A DNA stretch of 64,000 nt from Octopus sinensis (GCF_006345805.1 NC_043000.1:34410001-34474000), one strand, 5' to 3'; positions 1 to 13,074 are shown, counted from the first letter of the stretch. Program-made: numbers and translations. The notes: generated from the sequence alone by a model not told the origin.

Positions 1-446
1 ACGGCTAGCAATTATAGACCAATGACTTGCTTACCAATAATGTCGAAGCTGTTAACAGGAATGCTTCCAGAAAGCATTAACGAGCACCTTGACAACCAGA
101 ATTTACAACAAGAAGAACAGAAAGGTTACAGGAAGAAGGCTAGAGGAAAGCATAATCTATTATACATAGACAAAGCAGTTCTAAATGAAGTAAAAGCTAG
201 TAGGAAAAATCTAACAATAGCACGGGTAGATTATAGGAATCCCTATGACATGATCCCACACTCATGGATAAGTGAATGTCTGACTATATTCATTACAGCA
301 AACAACATAAGAGAATTAATTAGCTTTAGCATGAAGGAATGGAAAGTAGATCTATACTCAGGTGACACACACTCTTAGAGAGAGTTAATATCAAAAGAGG
401 AATTTTCCTGGGGGACTCGTTGTCCTCTTTACTATTTGTTCTATGT
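1..446 (+). mobile_element. R4/Dong-clade non-LTR retrotransposon, RT fragment (degenerate)
   Basis: Translates NYRPMTCLPIMSKLLTG...EEQKGYRK...VDYRNPYDMIPHSWI, then after a frameshift NIKRGIFLGDSLSSLLFVLC. These are RT motifs typical of R4/Dong elements. Confidence 0.85.
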
Positions 447-448
447 AG

Positions 449-619
449 GGCGGTATTTCATCTGTCGTTACGTTCTGAGTTCAAATTCCGCTGAGGTCGA
501 CTTTGCCTTTCATCGTGTTGGGGTCGATTAAATAAGTACCATTTACACACTGGGGTCGGTGTAATCGACTTAATCATTTTGTCTGTCCTCTATATTTAGC
601 CCCCAGTTGGCAATAAAGA

Positions 620-622
<3 letters not shown>
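449..622 (+). mobile_element. 5'-truncated tRNA-SINE with Meta/MESC-like core and Tx1-like tail
   Basis: B-box-like GAGTTCAAATTCC; core GGTCGACTTTGCCTTTCATC...GGGGTCGATTAAATAAGTACC; tail TGTCCTCTATATTTAGCCCCCAGTTGGCAATAAAGAAATA. Same core at 18846, 35665 and 52553. Confidence 0.75.
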
Positions 623-700
<78 letters not shown>

Positions 701-713
701 TATTATTATTATT

Positions 714-1262
714 GAGTGAGAGAGCAGTTCATGCCATCAAAGTGACACTGGGGTAAAATATACGAAGCCCAATATACCCATCATGACTACCCGTCTGATA
801 AAGGTACACCAGGCACATGCATCACAACCATATGTGCGCGACATGGTGATCTCATATCAAGATAAACAGCACATGACCTTGCAGGTGGGGCCCAGTTAGA
901 ATTTTCTTCAGGTTGAGTAGCCCATCCCGCTCAAACGGTCCCTGAATAAGGGTTGTTTAAGGATGTTGAAAGAACCACCCATGTTTCCAGAGGTGAACTA
1001 TTCAAACCCCAAGAATCCCTCTCAACATGGCTATGATGCTCCACCACTACTTCTGCTCGTGATCAGAGATGCACATATCGTCAGCTACTAAGGGACATGC
1101 TCAACTGGTTAAGGTCAAACAACTGACAAGCAAATCTGTGGTATTGAGCAGAATATTTGCTGTAGCCCATCTTTTATACCAAGACAAAACAATGTACATG
1201 AACACTTCCAATCAGTTAAGATCAGAAGCCATGAGAGCCACTGCCTGGTACTGCATCAGGGC
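714..1262 (-). repeat. Unclassified ~550-bp non-coding interspersed repeat in an (AAT)n tract, copy 1
   Basis: Near-identical to 48037-48484 and homologous (inverted) to 1431-1900. On the minus strand it ends CTCTCACTC followed by (AAT)n. Confidence 0.8.
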
Positions 1263-1270
1263 TATTATTA

Positions 1271-1311
<41 letters not shown>

Positions 1312-1342
1312 TATTATTATTATTACTATCATCATCATTATA

Positions 1343-1421
<79 letters not shown>

Positions 1422-1430
1422 ACAACAACA

Positions 1431-1900
1431 ATGTACATGATTTGTCTTGGTATAAAAGATAGGCTACAGCAAATATTCTGCTCAGTACCACAGATTTGTT
1501 TGTCAGTTGTTTGACATTAACCAATTGAGCATGTACCTTTGTAACTGACGATATGGGCGTCTCTGATCATGAGCAGAAGTAGTGAGGGAGCATCATAGCC
1601 ATGTGTTGAGAGGAATTCTTTGGGGGTTGGATAATTCCTTTTTGGAAAAATGGGTGTTTCGCTCAATATCCTTAAACATCCCTTATTCAGGGACCTTTTG
1701 AGCGGGATGAGCTACTCGACCTGAAAAAATTCTAACTGGGTCCACCTGTAATAGCATGCGCTGGTTTACCTTGATATGAGATCCCCATATCGCGCACAAG
1801 TGTCTGTGATGCATGTGCCTGATGTACTCTTATCAAGCGGGTAGTCATGATGGGTATATTAGGCCAGTGTCACTTTGATGGCAGAACTGCTCTCTCACTC
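1431..1900 (+). repeat. Unclassified ~550-bp repeat, diverged copy 2 (inverted relative to copy 1)
   Basis: Reverse-complement homology to 714-1200; ends CTCTCTCACTC-AAT. Confidence 0.8.
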
Positions 1901-2197
1901 AATTATAAAAATGGCAATAATCCTTTTTACTATAGGCACAAGGCATAGAATTTTGATGATGATGATGATGATGACGACGATAAAAGATTAGCTAGAAATA
2001 ATAAAAGTATATGTACAGGTGTAAGAATTGTTCGACATTTTCTTAGGAATTGATATGAAACACGACATAAAATTTTATGTCATTATACCTATATATACCT
2101 GTCTTTAAGGCTATACACCGTTATTTCACTCTCTCTCTCTCCTCTCTCTCTCTCTCTTTCTCTCTATCTATTATCTCTACCTCTATATCTATATTAT

Positions 2198-2362
2198 ACC
2201 TTGAGCAAAACACTTCGTTTCCCGTTGCTCAAGTTCATTCAACCGGCAGAGATGGTGCGAACATTTCGCCTCTGGCATCCCTTCCACAGGGGAAATATAC
2301 TCGCATGATGCACAACAGAAACTAAGAAACCGGCCCAATCACTGTAAGACTCAGGAAGGATT
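2198..2362 (+). mobile_element. tRNA-SINE body fragment (CORE/Deu-like central domain)
   Basis: CCTTGAGCAAAACACTT...GTTGCTC...GAAACCGG; homologous to the headed copy at 58010-58240. Confidence 0.5.
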
Positions 2363-2394
2363 ATTATCCTATATATATATATATATATATATAT

Positions 2395-2430
<36 letters not shown>

Positions 2431-2499
2431 GTCCATCCATAAATGCATACGTACATAGCTACATTGTTGATAAGATAATATATGGTTGTTTGTGTGCGT

Positions 2500-3350
2500 G
2501 CGTATTTTGGATTGATTTTAAGCCTCTGCCGCTTTGTTTAGGTTTTAGGTAGAGGCGGTTTACATCACTGTTTATGTGGAAATTATGTACTTTTTAGTAT
2601 TTTGGGGGTTTTCACATCAATGGCTCGGATCTCATCAAGCGTCCAATCAAGCAGCCGAAATGTTGGTATGAGTACTGGCTCTGCAAACACATTGTGGGAC
2701 AGTTTTATTGAATGCAGTTCTGCTGTCCAAATTTTCTTTACTCGGCTGTAATATTCTTTAGTGACACGTTTTTTTTTTTGCTACAGGTGCCACTGTAAGA
2801 TATATTTTCATCTACCCACCAGATATCTCTAACATTCTTCGTCAGATATAGGGGAAACAGTCAAATCATTAATAGAGACGTTACTACTCTGGCTTATAGT
2901 ATTCCCCTTTTTCACAGCCATATAACAACATTTATCCTGACCAAACACCATTCCTACATCATTTGAAAGTGTTGTAACTAGGTCAAGGCTCTTTTTCAAC
3001 TCTTTTTCATCCCATGCAAAGAAACAGTGTGTAATTTTGGTATTTCTGTTTCCGTGTGAACCAATGAGATATCCTTCAGACTTCCTTAACATGAATGACA
3101 AGGGGTTTACAGAAAGTATAAACAACATCACTAAGAGGCTGTCCCCTTGGAATATGCCTTTGCGATACTGTATTCTATCAGCGATAATACAGTCACACTT
3201 TGTGTTTAATTTCAAGATAGTGGCCCTCGTGAAGTCAGGTCAGCTATGGGTTTGACTATTCTCAATGGAACTTTAGCAAGTTGAGGGGTTTCTAGTATCC
3301 ATGAGTGAGGAACAGAATGAAAGGCTTTCTTGTAGTCTATCCACATTGAA
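2500..3350 (-). mobile_element. R4/Dong RT fragment
   Basis: WIDYKKAFHSVPHSWI, RKGIFQGDSLLVMLFILSVNPLSF and a downstream RLYL..GRGL-type segment. DNA overlaps in sequence with 6408-6562. Confidence 0.85.
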
Positions 3351-4571
3351 ACTAGGTTCCTTCTATGCTCTCGCATAGATTTTGCGGAGGGTCAAAGTTG
3401 GTAACAAAAACAGGACAGTGAAAACAAAGAGTAAGGGCTGCTAAGCCTAAACGAGGTGCAGTGGCGAACGCTGGAAGAACAAGCTCTGACAGGAGACAGA
3501 CAAGAATATGCATGTATGTATGTATGTATGTATGTATGTATGTATGTATGTACACAGCCTTGCACGCACACACACACATATCAACATAAAAGGAAAGAAA
3601 TGAAATTCTCTCTGCATTTTATTTTCTTCGTAGCTAAAACAAAGATTGTTTCAGCGCTAAAAACAAAGATTGTCAAGAAAAACCAGACTGGAAACGAAAT
3701 TTTCAAATAAGTTTTATAAGGCTGAAATAATTCGGGAAGGACATCTTTGGGTGCGTGCGTGTATGCGTGTGTGTGTAAGCGTGTGTGTGTGTGCGTGCTC
3801 GTGTGCAGGAGTTGTTAAATATCAACAAAGGAGACTTGTCATGGTTTGAGATCAACTCTCCTTGTGTGTGTGTGTGTGTGCGCGCGCGCGCACGCGGTGG
3901 AGGTGAACTATTAAAGATACATATAAAGCTTGCCAGTTAGTCACCCATCTATCTATGTGTGTGTATGTGTGTGTATGTGTGCATGTGTGTGCAAATATAT
4001 ATATACACATATATGTATGCACATATACTTACATAATACATACGTACATAAATACATACATAATACATACATACATACGTGCATGAATACATAGATGCAT
4101 GTACACACACATGTCCGTCCAGCCATCCAGCCATAGATACATATGTACACACACACCTATACAGATACATAGATTAATACATGCATAAACAGATGTAAGC
4201 ATAATTAAATACATATACATACATACGTACACACACATACACACACACACATATATACATGTACATACATACATACATATATCTATCTATCTATCTATCT
4301 ATCTCGGTCTCTGTTTGTCTCTTTGTCTCTCTCTCTATCCCTATATATATACATACATAAATAGATACATATATGCATACACACACACGCACACACACAT
4401 ATGCATGCATACACACATTAGTATGCGATCATATTGAAAGTATAATGTTTGTGTACATTGGATGAGAGTCACAAGATATTCAGTGTTTATTTAGAAAGAA
4501 GATAAAGCTAGCTATAATAATTCTACCATCCGCTAATCCGCCATTTTGTTTTCATAAAGATTATGCTGTGC

Positions 4572-4613
<42 letters not shown>

Positions 4614-4925
4614 ATGCATCTCCGTATATGTGCCTGAGCATGTGTGGCTGTAGTCTTTCCTTTTTGCAGGGTGTGTCTCTGGTGGTCGTAATATTTGTAT
4701 ACGTTTACCCGTGCGTGTAAGCTTTGTTGTGTGTGTGTGTGTGTGTGTGTAGATATGTATTTTTGTGTGACTTTAATTGAGTATATATATATTATATATA
4801 TATATATAATATATATACATGTATGTATGTATATGTGTGTGTGCGCATGTGTATATATATTTATATATATATGTATTTATATATATACATATATATATAT
4901 GTATATATATATATTATATATATAT

Positions 4926-4989
<64 letters not shown>

Positions 4990-5196
4990 ATATGTATATA
5001 TATATATGTATAAGTAAGACAGACTCCCCTCACACATCCATCCATACCGCTTCCTATATATTTGAGGTTGAAAATACATGTTAATCCGGAGTTCGAATTC
5101 TAGTAATTGCCAGTTGGCAAATGGGGTTTACTTTCCTAGTTTGTAAATCCATACAAACTTCTACATACACACAGACACTCACACACAAAATCCAGG

Positions 5197-5261
<65 letters not shown>

Positions 5262-5267
<6 letters not shown>

Positions 5268-5450
5268 CTTTGTATTTGCGTTTGTCGCCCCAACGATTGA
5301 CCACTCTGTTGGCTTTTTTTAGGTCTCCTTAACTTAGGCAAAAGAGACCAATAGATTAAGTACTAACATTTGAAACATAACTGCTGATGTGGATGTGTCC
5401 GACCAAACCCTTGGAAGCAGAGCACCAGCATGGGCGTAGTCCAATAATAT
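5262..5450 (+). mobile_element. SINE 3' half with CCAGCATGG tail (family of 45941-46280)
   Basis: GGCAAAAGAGACCAATAGATTAAGTAC...GCACCAGCATGGGCGTAGTCC follows a (GT)n tract; homologous to 6020-6235. Confidence 0.55.
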
Positions 5451-5731
5451 ATAATAAAATATACTGGCATTCAACCAAGTCACACACATTTGTTACACTT
5501 GATGATGATGATTATGGAAGTGGTGGTGGTGGTGATGGAGGTATTAATAATGATGATGATGGTGATGTCCATCATGGCTGTTTCTGTGGATGATGTAAAA
5601 AATATTAACCGCCATCATTGTCAATAACTGTACCGGAAATGACATCAGTCGCCATAGCAACGCTAGTAAGCATCAACACTTCCTCTACTGTTACCACCTC
5701 GCCCCCCCCCACCACCACCACTACTACCCTC

Positions 5732-5762
<31 letters not shown>

Positions 5763-6019
5763 CCACCACCACCATTGCTGCTGCTGGTACTGCAACACGA
5801 ATTATAAGACAAGAGCAAAAATAATCAATTGTGACCACCCTCACCAAACAATCGACAACAACAACTGCAGAAGCGACAACAAAATGAAGAAGAATTGGCA
5901 ACCGAGGAAAAAGAAAAGAAAAACCAAACACCCAGCAGAGAATTGTTTGCCCCTGATCAGAAATAACAACAGCAACAACAAATTTAATATCCTCTTCAAT
6001 TGGGAAATCGTTTAGACAA

Positions 6020-6235
6020 GTTTGACTTTTATCTTTTTTTTTACTTGTTTTAGTCACTGGACTGTGGCCATGCTGGGGCATCACCTAGAAAGGCTTAGTA
6101 GAACAAATCAATGCCAGTACTTGGTTTTAAGGTTGGTATTTATTTCGTCGGTCTCTTTAGCCGAACCGCAGCGCTACGGGGTCGTAAACAGATCAAAACC
6201 AGTTGTCACTCGATGGGAAAAGAAACACAAACACA
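6020..6235 (-). mobile_element. SINE 3' half with CCAGCATGGCC tail
   Basis: Minus strand reads GGTTCGGCTAAAGAGACCGACGAAATAAATACC...GATGCCCCAGCATGGCCACAGTCCAGTGACTAAAACAAGTAAAA. Confidence 0.65.
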
Positions 6236-6407
6236 AATACACACACACACGCACGCACGCACGCACACATATACATACATACATACAAACAAACAAACAA
6301 AAATATTCTGTTGTTGATGTTGAAATTCCAATGAAGGAAAATTCGATCTAGGTTAGAAACCGGTTCTTTCTCTATTGGCAAGAAATCTTGAAATAAACTG
6401 AATAATG

Positions 6408-7640
6408 ACATACTAACATTTCGGCCGCTTGATTGGACGCTTGATGAGATCCGAGCCATTGATGTGAAAACCTGAAAAATACTAACAAGCACACATAATT
6501 TCCACATAAACAGTGACGTAGACCGCCTCTACCTAAAACGTAAACAAGGCGGCCGAGGCTTAACATTGATCAAAAATGCATTTGAATGTCGTATCATATC
6601 CCTTTGGCAACATCTTTTAACCACCAAGTGTGGAAGTGCATCCCTTGACCAAGTTTGCATACATGAGGCTGATAACATCATAGGACTTGGAAGGCAGCTC
6701 CTTGAGCAACACTCTGTCTGATAACCTAGAATACATGCTCAAAGAATTGGCACGATTCTACCGCAACGTATCATCAGATGAAAGGATGAGAATATATGAG
6801 CAGAAAGCTATGTATGGATATGTTAGTAGAAAACTCTGAGATGATAGTAGCATTGATCATCAAAGCAGTTTATCATGATCCAATAGCCGGATTATTACCT
6901 CCCACTTTGAAATGTATGCATTTGCAATCCATGAACAGGAAATATTAACCAATTACTTGATGCACGAAAAGGACGGAGATGCAGGAAAAGCTGTAAAGTA
7001 TGACAACTGATGCAGACTTTGTGGAGTTCACACTGAAGATATTACCCACATCACAAGCGGTTGTCCGAAAATGTCCTCACTGTATTATCTACCGATGAGA
7101 CATGACGTTGTAGCTAGGACACTTTATAATGAAATCCGTCGGAAGGATAATCCTGAGGACAAAGAAATAATAACCCACAATATGGTAGAAGCCATAGCCA
7201 CCCAATGAAAAGGAATGCTGGTGGAATGTACCAGTGAAGACCTCAATAAAATGTAAGCACAACAGACTTGATATAATGATTTGGGATAGAGAGGAGAAAC
7301 TGTGCACAGTCGTGGAAATCAGCTGTCTAACGGATGTTAACATAAAGCTGAAGATCAGTGAAAAAGAGAACACCTATGCTGAACTATTGAGAAATCTGCA
7401 GTTACTCTATCCAGATTACAAGTTCAGGTTTATACCTGTAATTATTGGGGCCCTGTGATATGTACCACACTGCTTAAATACAAACCTTATGAAATTAGGC
7501 TTCTCAAAACCAGAAAGGAGAAAGCTAATTCGAAAACTACAGATCCAATCCATCACTGGAGCTGTAAAAATCTGTAAAACTTTCCAGGAGTTTATCATTT
7601 AAATATATATGCGCATGTCTAGATATGCAACTATATGCCT
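6408..7640 (+). mobile_element. R4/Dong 3' portion (thumb, CCHC finger, restriction-like endonuclease), degenerate
   Basis: DVDRLYLKRKQGGRGL; CRLCGVHTEDITHITSGC; RHDVVA; HNRLDIMIWDREEKLCTVVEISC; FIPVIIGAL. Confidence 0.88.
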
Positions 7641-7740
7641 CTATATTCAGAAAATAAATTTACATTTATACCAATAATAATTGGTGCATTTGGTTTTGCG
7701 AGTGATTGCCTAAATGAGACTCTGGATAAGCTGTGTGTGT

Positions 7741-7794
<54 letters not shown>

Positions 7795-8108
7795 GTATGT
7801 TTGTGTGTGTGTTTGTGTGTGTGTGCGGGATTATATGCTTAATGACGTCATAAGAATTTACAACTTTGAGGAAGAACGTGAAATATTTGTTTTTTTTGGA
7901 ACGGAGAATCTTGAAGCTAGCTGCTTCGAGATTCTCTATAAATAATAGCGTGTAAATATTGAGTTAAAAAGTCTTTTAGATCGAATAACCATTCACCGTT
8001 CCAATAAAGAGTTATTTTAGGTTGTCTGTCGCAATTTCTAAAATTTGGTGACGTCAGTAAAAATGTGTGTGTGTATGTGAGTGTATGTGTGTATATATAT
8101 ATAGGTAT

Positions 8109-8145
<37 letters not shown>

Positions 8146-8155
8146 CTATATATAT

Positions 8156-8188
<33 letters not shown>

Positions 8189-8521
8189 TGCATACATACA
8201 TACATGCATACATATATACATGCATGTATATATATGTATATGTACATGTATATGCATATATATAAGTGTGTGTGTGTGTATGTATATATATATACATATA
8301 CATGCATACATGTACACACACACAATACCATTACATTACCACATTCTACTCTGCATTACACGACAACTCTACTTGGGAATTTCTAATGCCTTCATCTTGT
8401 AAATAGTTTCTGAAAGAAATACTTGACAAATTCCGCATTAAATATTTAAAAGCCTGGTTAGTGATTCTATACCAATATGCATTTTACACATACATGAATT
8501 TTTATGTAAGATTTATCTTAC

Positions 8522-8780
8522 GGCATATGGTGTAGTGGTTAAGAACACGGGCTACGAACCCCAAAATTCCGAGTTCGATTCCAGGCGGTGACCTGAATAA
8601 TAGTGATAATAATAATGATAATAATAATAATAACATCGAAAAATACCTAAGGAATGAGAACCCAGGTTCGAAATTTCCCCAAGACACCTGATGAAGGCTG
8701 GAGGGTATATCAGCCGAAACGTTGTGTTAACAAGAAACAAGATGAGGACAAATATCCGTCAAATGTAAATAATGTAAATT
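8522..8780 (+). mobile_element. tRNA-headed SINE with internal (AAT)n and hammerhead-ribozyme-bearing 3' part, most complete copy
   Basis: A box TGGTGTAGTGG, tRNA-Arg(ACG)-like CTACGAA loop, B box GAGTTCGATTCC, (AAT)n, then a ~150-bp tail repeated at 53207, 53635 and 58385. Confidence 0.8.
8683..8728 (+). ncRNA. Minimal type I hammerhead ribozyme motif (Penelope-type)
   Basis: Stem I GACAC/GTGTT, core CTGATGA, stem II GGCTG/CAGCC, GAAA, palindromic ACGT stem III, predicted cleavage after GUU (8723). Confidence 0.8.
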
Positions 8781-8894
8781 TACCTTATTGATCATTGCTT
8801 AGTTTTACTTTACATTTGCCGTGTCTCCCAACAAACGAGTATTTCGGGCAAATTTTTTTACAGCTTTACTGACTAACGTAATGTATGGTTCAAA

Positions 8895-9005
8895 ACACAA
8901 AAGACAAAATCAGATGAGGGAACAACAAGCAGAGTGTATTAGTTTGACGCTCAGGAAAATAGAAAAAGTATTTAACGTTTCGAGCCTATGCTCTTCTACC
9001 GAAGG
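8895..9005 (-). mobile_element. Penelope-like terminal repeat fragment with hammerhead-like variant
   Basis: Minus strand reads CGGTAGAAGAGCATAGGCTCGAAACGTTAAATACTTTTTCTATT; same family as 14695-14880. Confidence 0.55.
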
Positions 9006-9039
9006 CTCCACGTAATAAACTTATCTATATATTTGAAGA

Positions 9040-9130
9040 TATATGTCTAGCAGAAATGTGTATGTGTATATATGTTTACCAGAATCATGTATGCATATAT
9101 TTGTATATTTATTTAACAGAAACACGTATG

Positions 9131-9187
<57 letters not shown>

Positions 9188-9345
9188 TATCAGAAACACG
9201 TATGTATATATTTATATATATATATATATGTACCAGAAACACTTATGTATATATTTGTATATATGTTTATCAAAAAGACGTATGTATCTGTTTGTATATA
9301 TGTTTACCACAAGCAGGTATGTATATATTTGTATATATGTTTACC
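9040..9345. repeat. Minisatellite built on TATATGTTTACCAGAAACACGTATG, resumes at 10190-10285
   Basis: Repeated unit visible directly; the array is interrupted by about 850 bp of other sequence. Confidence 0.7.
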
Positions 9346-9453
9346 TGAAAACAGTTTTGTTTCGTGGGTTTTTTCTTTTCCAGGTTATTTCGCATGCTTG
9401 CAACGAATGTGATATAGAAATCACGCGTAAACGGCTCCTTTCCCCAGAAAAGG

Positions 9454-9572
9454 AAAGATTTGGCTGCTATTTCTTGCACGCCCTACTACCACGTAACAGG
9501 TATTTCGGGTCCTTTATCGCAAATAGCTGTTACGTGGTAGCAGGGCGTGCAAGAAATAGCAGCCAAATCCTT
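9454..9572. repeat. Near-perfect inverted repeat (~50-bp arms)
   Basis: GATTTGGCTGCTATTTCTTGCACGCCCTACTACCACGTAACAG pairs with CTGTTACGTGGTAGCAGGGCGTGCAAGAAATAGCAGCCAAATC. Confidence 0.85.
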
Positions 9573-10394
9573 GGGATGAGATACGCTGAATGCACTAAAA
9601 AACCTATGGAAAAAACTATTTCTCATTGAGGTTACGAAGGGGTCTTTTACGAAATATTTACCATGTTTTAAAAGTAATTTTCACTTTAGAATATTCTTTA
9701 AATATGCCAAAAATATTTTTGTAATGGTATTCACTTGAAAATAATTTTAAGAAAAACATTAAAATATTGTCTGTTTAAAGAAAGCTAAAATATAAATACT
9801 GTACATTCTTGGAATCACATTCTTTAAAAATATTTCTTAATGATTAAAATATTATGTTTAACAAAAGCGGAAATAGAAACATTTACTGTAAAAAAAGATC
9901 GTATTTTTTCGTTGTCAACTCACTGTGCCTAATAGAAAGATAAGAGTTTCTTCCCTTTCAAGATGAAGATTATTTTCGGAACATTTTCCCATTATGCACC
10001 ATTTTGGTTATTTATATCCCGGAAACCTCTAATATCTCGGAAACCACTTTACTGATTTACTTGAAACTTGTTTCATTCCGTTCGTGTTAACATTTCAGGG
10101 TATACTTAATTCATAGTATTTTCCGATTATGCGCCAGTTTGGCTGAGTATCATTGCAAGCAAGATTCAATCTGCCTTTTAATAGCATGTAGATATGTTTA
10201 CCAGAAACACGAATGTATATATACATATATGTATATATGTTTACCAGAAACACGTATGTATATATTTGTGTATATCTTCCAGAAAATATTCAATTCAAAA
10301 CCTCAAGCATCAGCAAAGTTATGGATTGAAAAGTTCGCAGGAAATTAATTGCGTTCTTTGAATGGAATGACTGGTTGACTGGCACACAAAATGG

Positions 10395-11592
10395 TTTTCG
10401 GCCAGGTATAAGTTGTTTGGCACAGCTCTTACAGCACTAGATCTCGAATTTGCAAAAACCTTTGATAAAGTCGACTGTTGTATGACATGTCACAAGGTAC
10501 TTGGTCTTGGCATAGTCGGAAAACATGAAGAGTGACTAGATGACATTTTAAAAGATAGAAGTCAGGCAGTGGTGGCCAATGGAGACACCTCGGTGGTGTT
10601 TCACAGAGCCATTATCAATCATAGTGGCCCTCTCAGACATGCCCTCAGCTACTCAGATAGCCCACCCATGCTAGCTATACGGATTATACAAAAGTCACTC
10701 AGAGGATGCAGAACGCTGGATGTGTTGTGCCCCTGCAACAAAAGGCGGATGCAATATACAGGTGGGCTGAGAACAATGACATGCAGCTTAATGCTGGAAA
10801 ATTCCAAGCCCTCTGATACCAGCACGCGAAGCTGAATGACATTGCAGACAGGATACATTGGCCCAGGAGGGATTGTAATCCCTGAATCAACATCAGTGTG
10901 CAGCCTGGGTATTGATATGAGTAATGATGCATCTCTACAGGTGCATATTACTATGTTGGCGATAAAATGCGACTAGTCAGATAGATTCTCAGAACTTTCA
11001 GAACGAGAGAAGAGATATCAAGTTGGTCCTCTGAAGGTCATTTGTCAATCCAACAAAGCTACACAAAGAATATCGTCTGAATGCCTCAGGTCAGCTACTG
11101 ATAAAGGCTGAAAAATTTCAGATGCTACTCCTTAGAACGCATGCGAGAACCATTTGCAGTGATGTACATCTGGAAAATCATGGAAGGACTCGTAGCAAAC
11201 TTTGGCGTCAAAAGCTACTCAAACACCAGAAAAAGGGCGGTACTTCATAGTGCCAATGATCCCAACATCATCATCAAGATAGAATATCAGATACTGCAAC
11301 AACTTGCGTTTCAAGGGCCCACAGCCCTTCACTATCCTCCCCCAAAATCTGAGAGACTTGTATGTGGTGGATGCAGGTGTCTTCAAAACAAAACTAGACC
11401 TCTTCCCGTCAAGAGTTTTGGTTGAACCTACCTCGCGTCAGGAAAGGCAGATTAGAACATCAACATCAAACTCACTCATTCACCAATAGCTCAATATTAA
11501 ATGTTCCAAGTAATAAATGTAGCAAAACTAACGTCTGTGCCCCAGCATGGCCGTAGGTCTCGAGCTGAAACTAGAAAAGGAATAAAGGAATG
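10395..11592 (+). mobile_element. CR1-group (CR1/L2/Daphne-like) LINE, 5'-truncated and degenerate, with 3' end
   Basis: EFAKTFDKVD...KDRSQAVVANG, YIWKIMEGLVANFG, FKGPQPFTILPQNLRD, FKTKLDLF, SNSLIHQ*; tail CCCAGCATGGCC...GCTGAAACTAGAAAAGGAATAAAGG. Confidence 0.8.
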
Positions 11593-11855
11593 TCTACACA
11601 CACACATACAGACACACATTTCCATTTATAGGCGTAGCCATACATCACTGCTAACTCTTCCTTCCACCACCTTCATACAGCCACATACACACAGCACAAA
11701 TAAAGATACATTTATAAATATAATTCATCGCATAAAATTACAAACAGAGAAACAAAGTGGAAGACAATTGTTTCTTATTGTTTCTGATTGATTTTTCCGG
11801 TTTATCTATTTACCAGTCTGTTGTCTGTTTATCTTTGTGTCTGTCTATCTGACTG

Positions 11856-11904
<49 letters not shown>

Positions 11905-11927
11905 TCTCTCTCTCTCTCTCTCTCTAC

Positions 11928-12070
<143 letters not shown>

Positions 12071-12250
12071 TATATATATAAGTAAATAAATGGAGTTGAA
12101 CTTATACTACACAAATTACTGCACATTAACCCGGAGTTTCTACCTTTGAATAGGTCGCTACATCCTTGTTACTTGCGTGAATTTTACTACCCTGGTTACT
12201 GTTTATTGAATTTTCCATGTTAACGGTAAACAAAGGATATTCATTCATCC

Positions 12251-12346
<96 letters not shown>

Positions 12347-13074
12347 CACACGCACATACATGTCGACACGCTATCTTTAGGATAGTGTGTTAGCACTAGT
12401 ATATATGTATTTTAATATAATCTCGTTGATTATTTGTTGTCATCCTTTTTACATTATATTTGTATGTGTGTATCTTTGCGTGTGGGTATATCGATCAATC
12501 GATCGAACTATATAGCGTAACGACGCTGTACACTGTAACCATCGAATGAATATATATGTAATATTATCGTGTGTATATGTATGTATGTATGTATGTATGC
12601 ATGCATGTATGTATGTATGTATGTATGTATGTATGTTTATAATGTATGTATGTGTGTGTGTGTATGTATGTATGTGTATGTATTTATAGACATACAGATA
12701 CAGTGACATGAACGCATATGTTTGTGAAAACATAAAGACGTAATGTTGGTGAATATAAACGCCATTGTTTCTTGTACAAAAAGCAACTCACATAAGGATT
12801 ATAAAACCACAAAGGTTTGCAAACAGTAACTAACAACAACAACGACAACAACATTAACAGCAACAATTACAGCAGCAGCAGCATCAGAAATCATGGCGAT
12901 TATGACGAAAAGTAATAGGTTAAGCGACTATAGTAAACATGAAGCCAGACAACATCGAAGGAAGAGACATCCATTTTAATCCCGGCTAGGTTTCCTTCAT
13001 TTTTTTTGGTGTTTGCTTTTTTTCCCCCCGATTCCGCAATAACGGAGCGGTGCAAAAACTGTTGTGTGGGTCGG

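Noticed and set aside
8522-8594. Possible tRNA-Arg(ACG) gene
   Set aside because: The acceptor and T stems do not pair properly, the copy at 53535-53580 has a different anticodon loop, and it is fused to a repeated tail. It is a SINE head.
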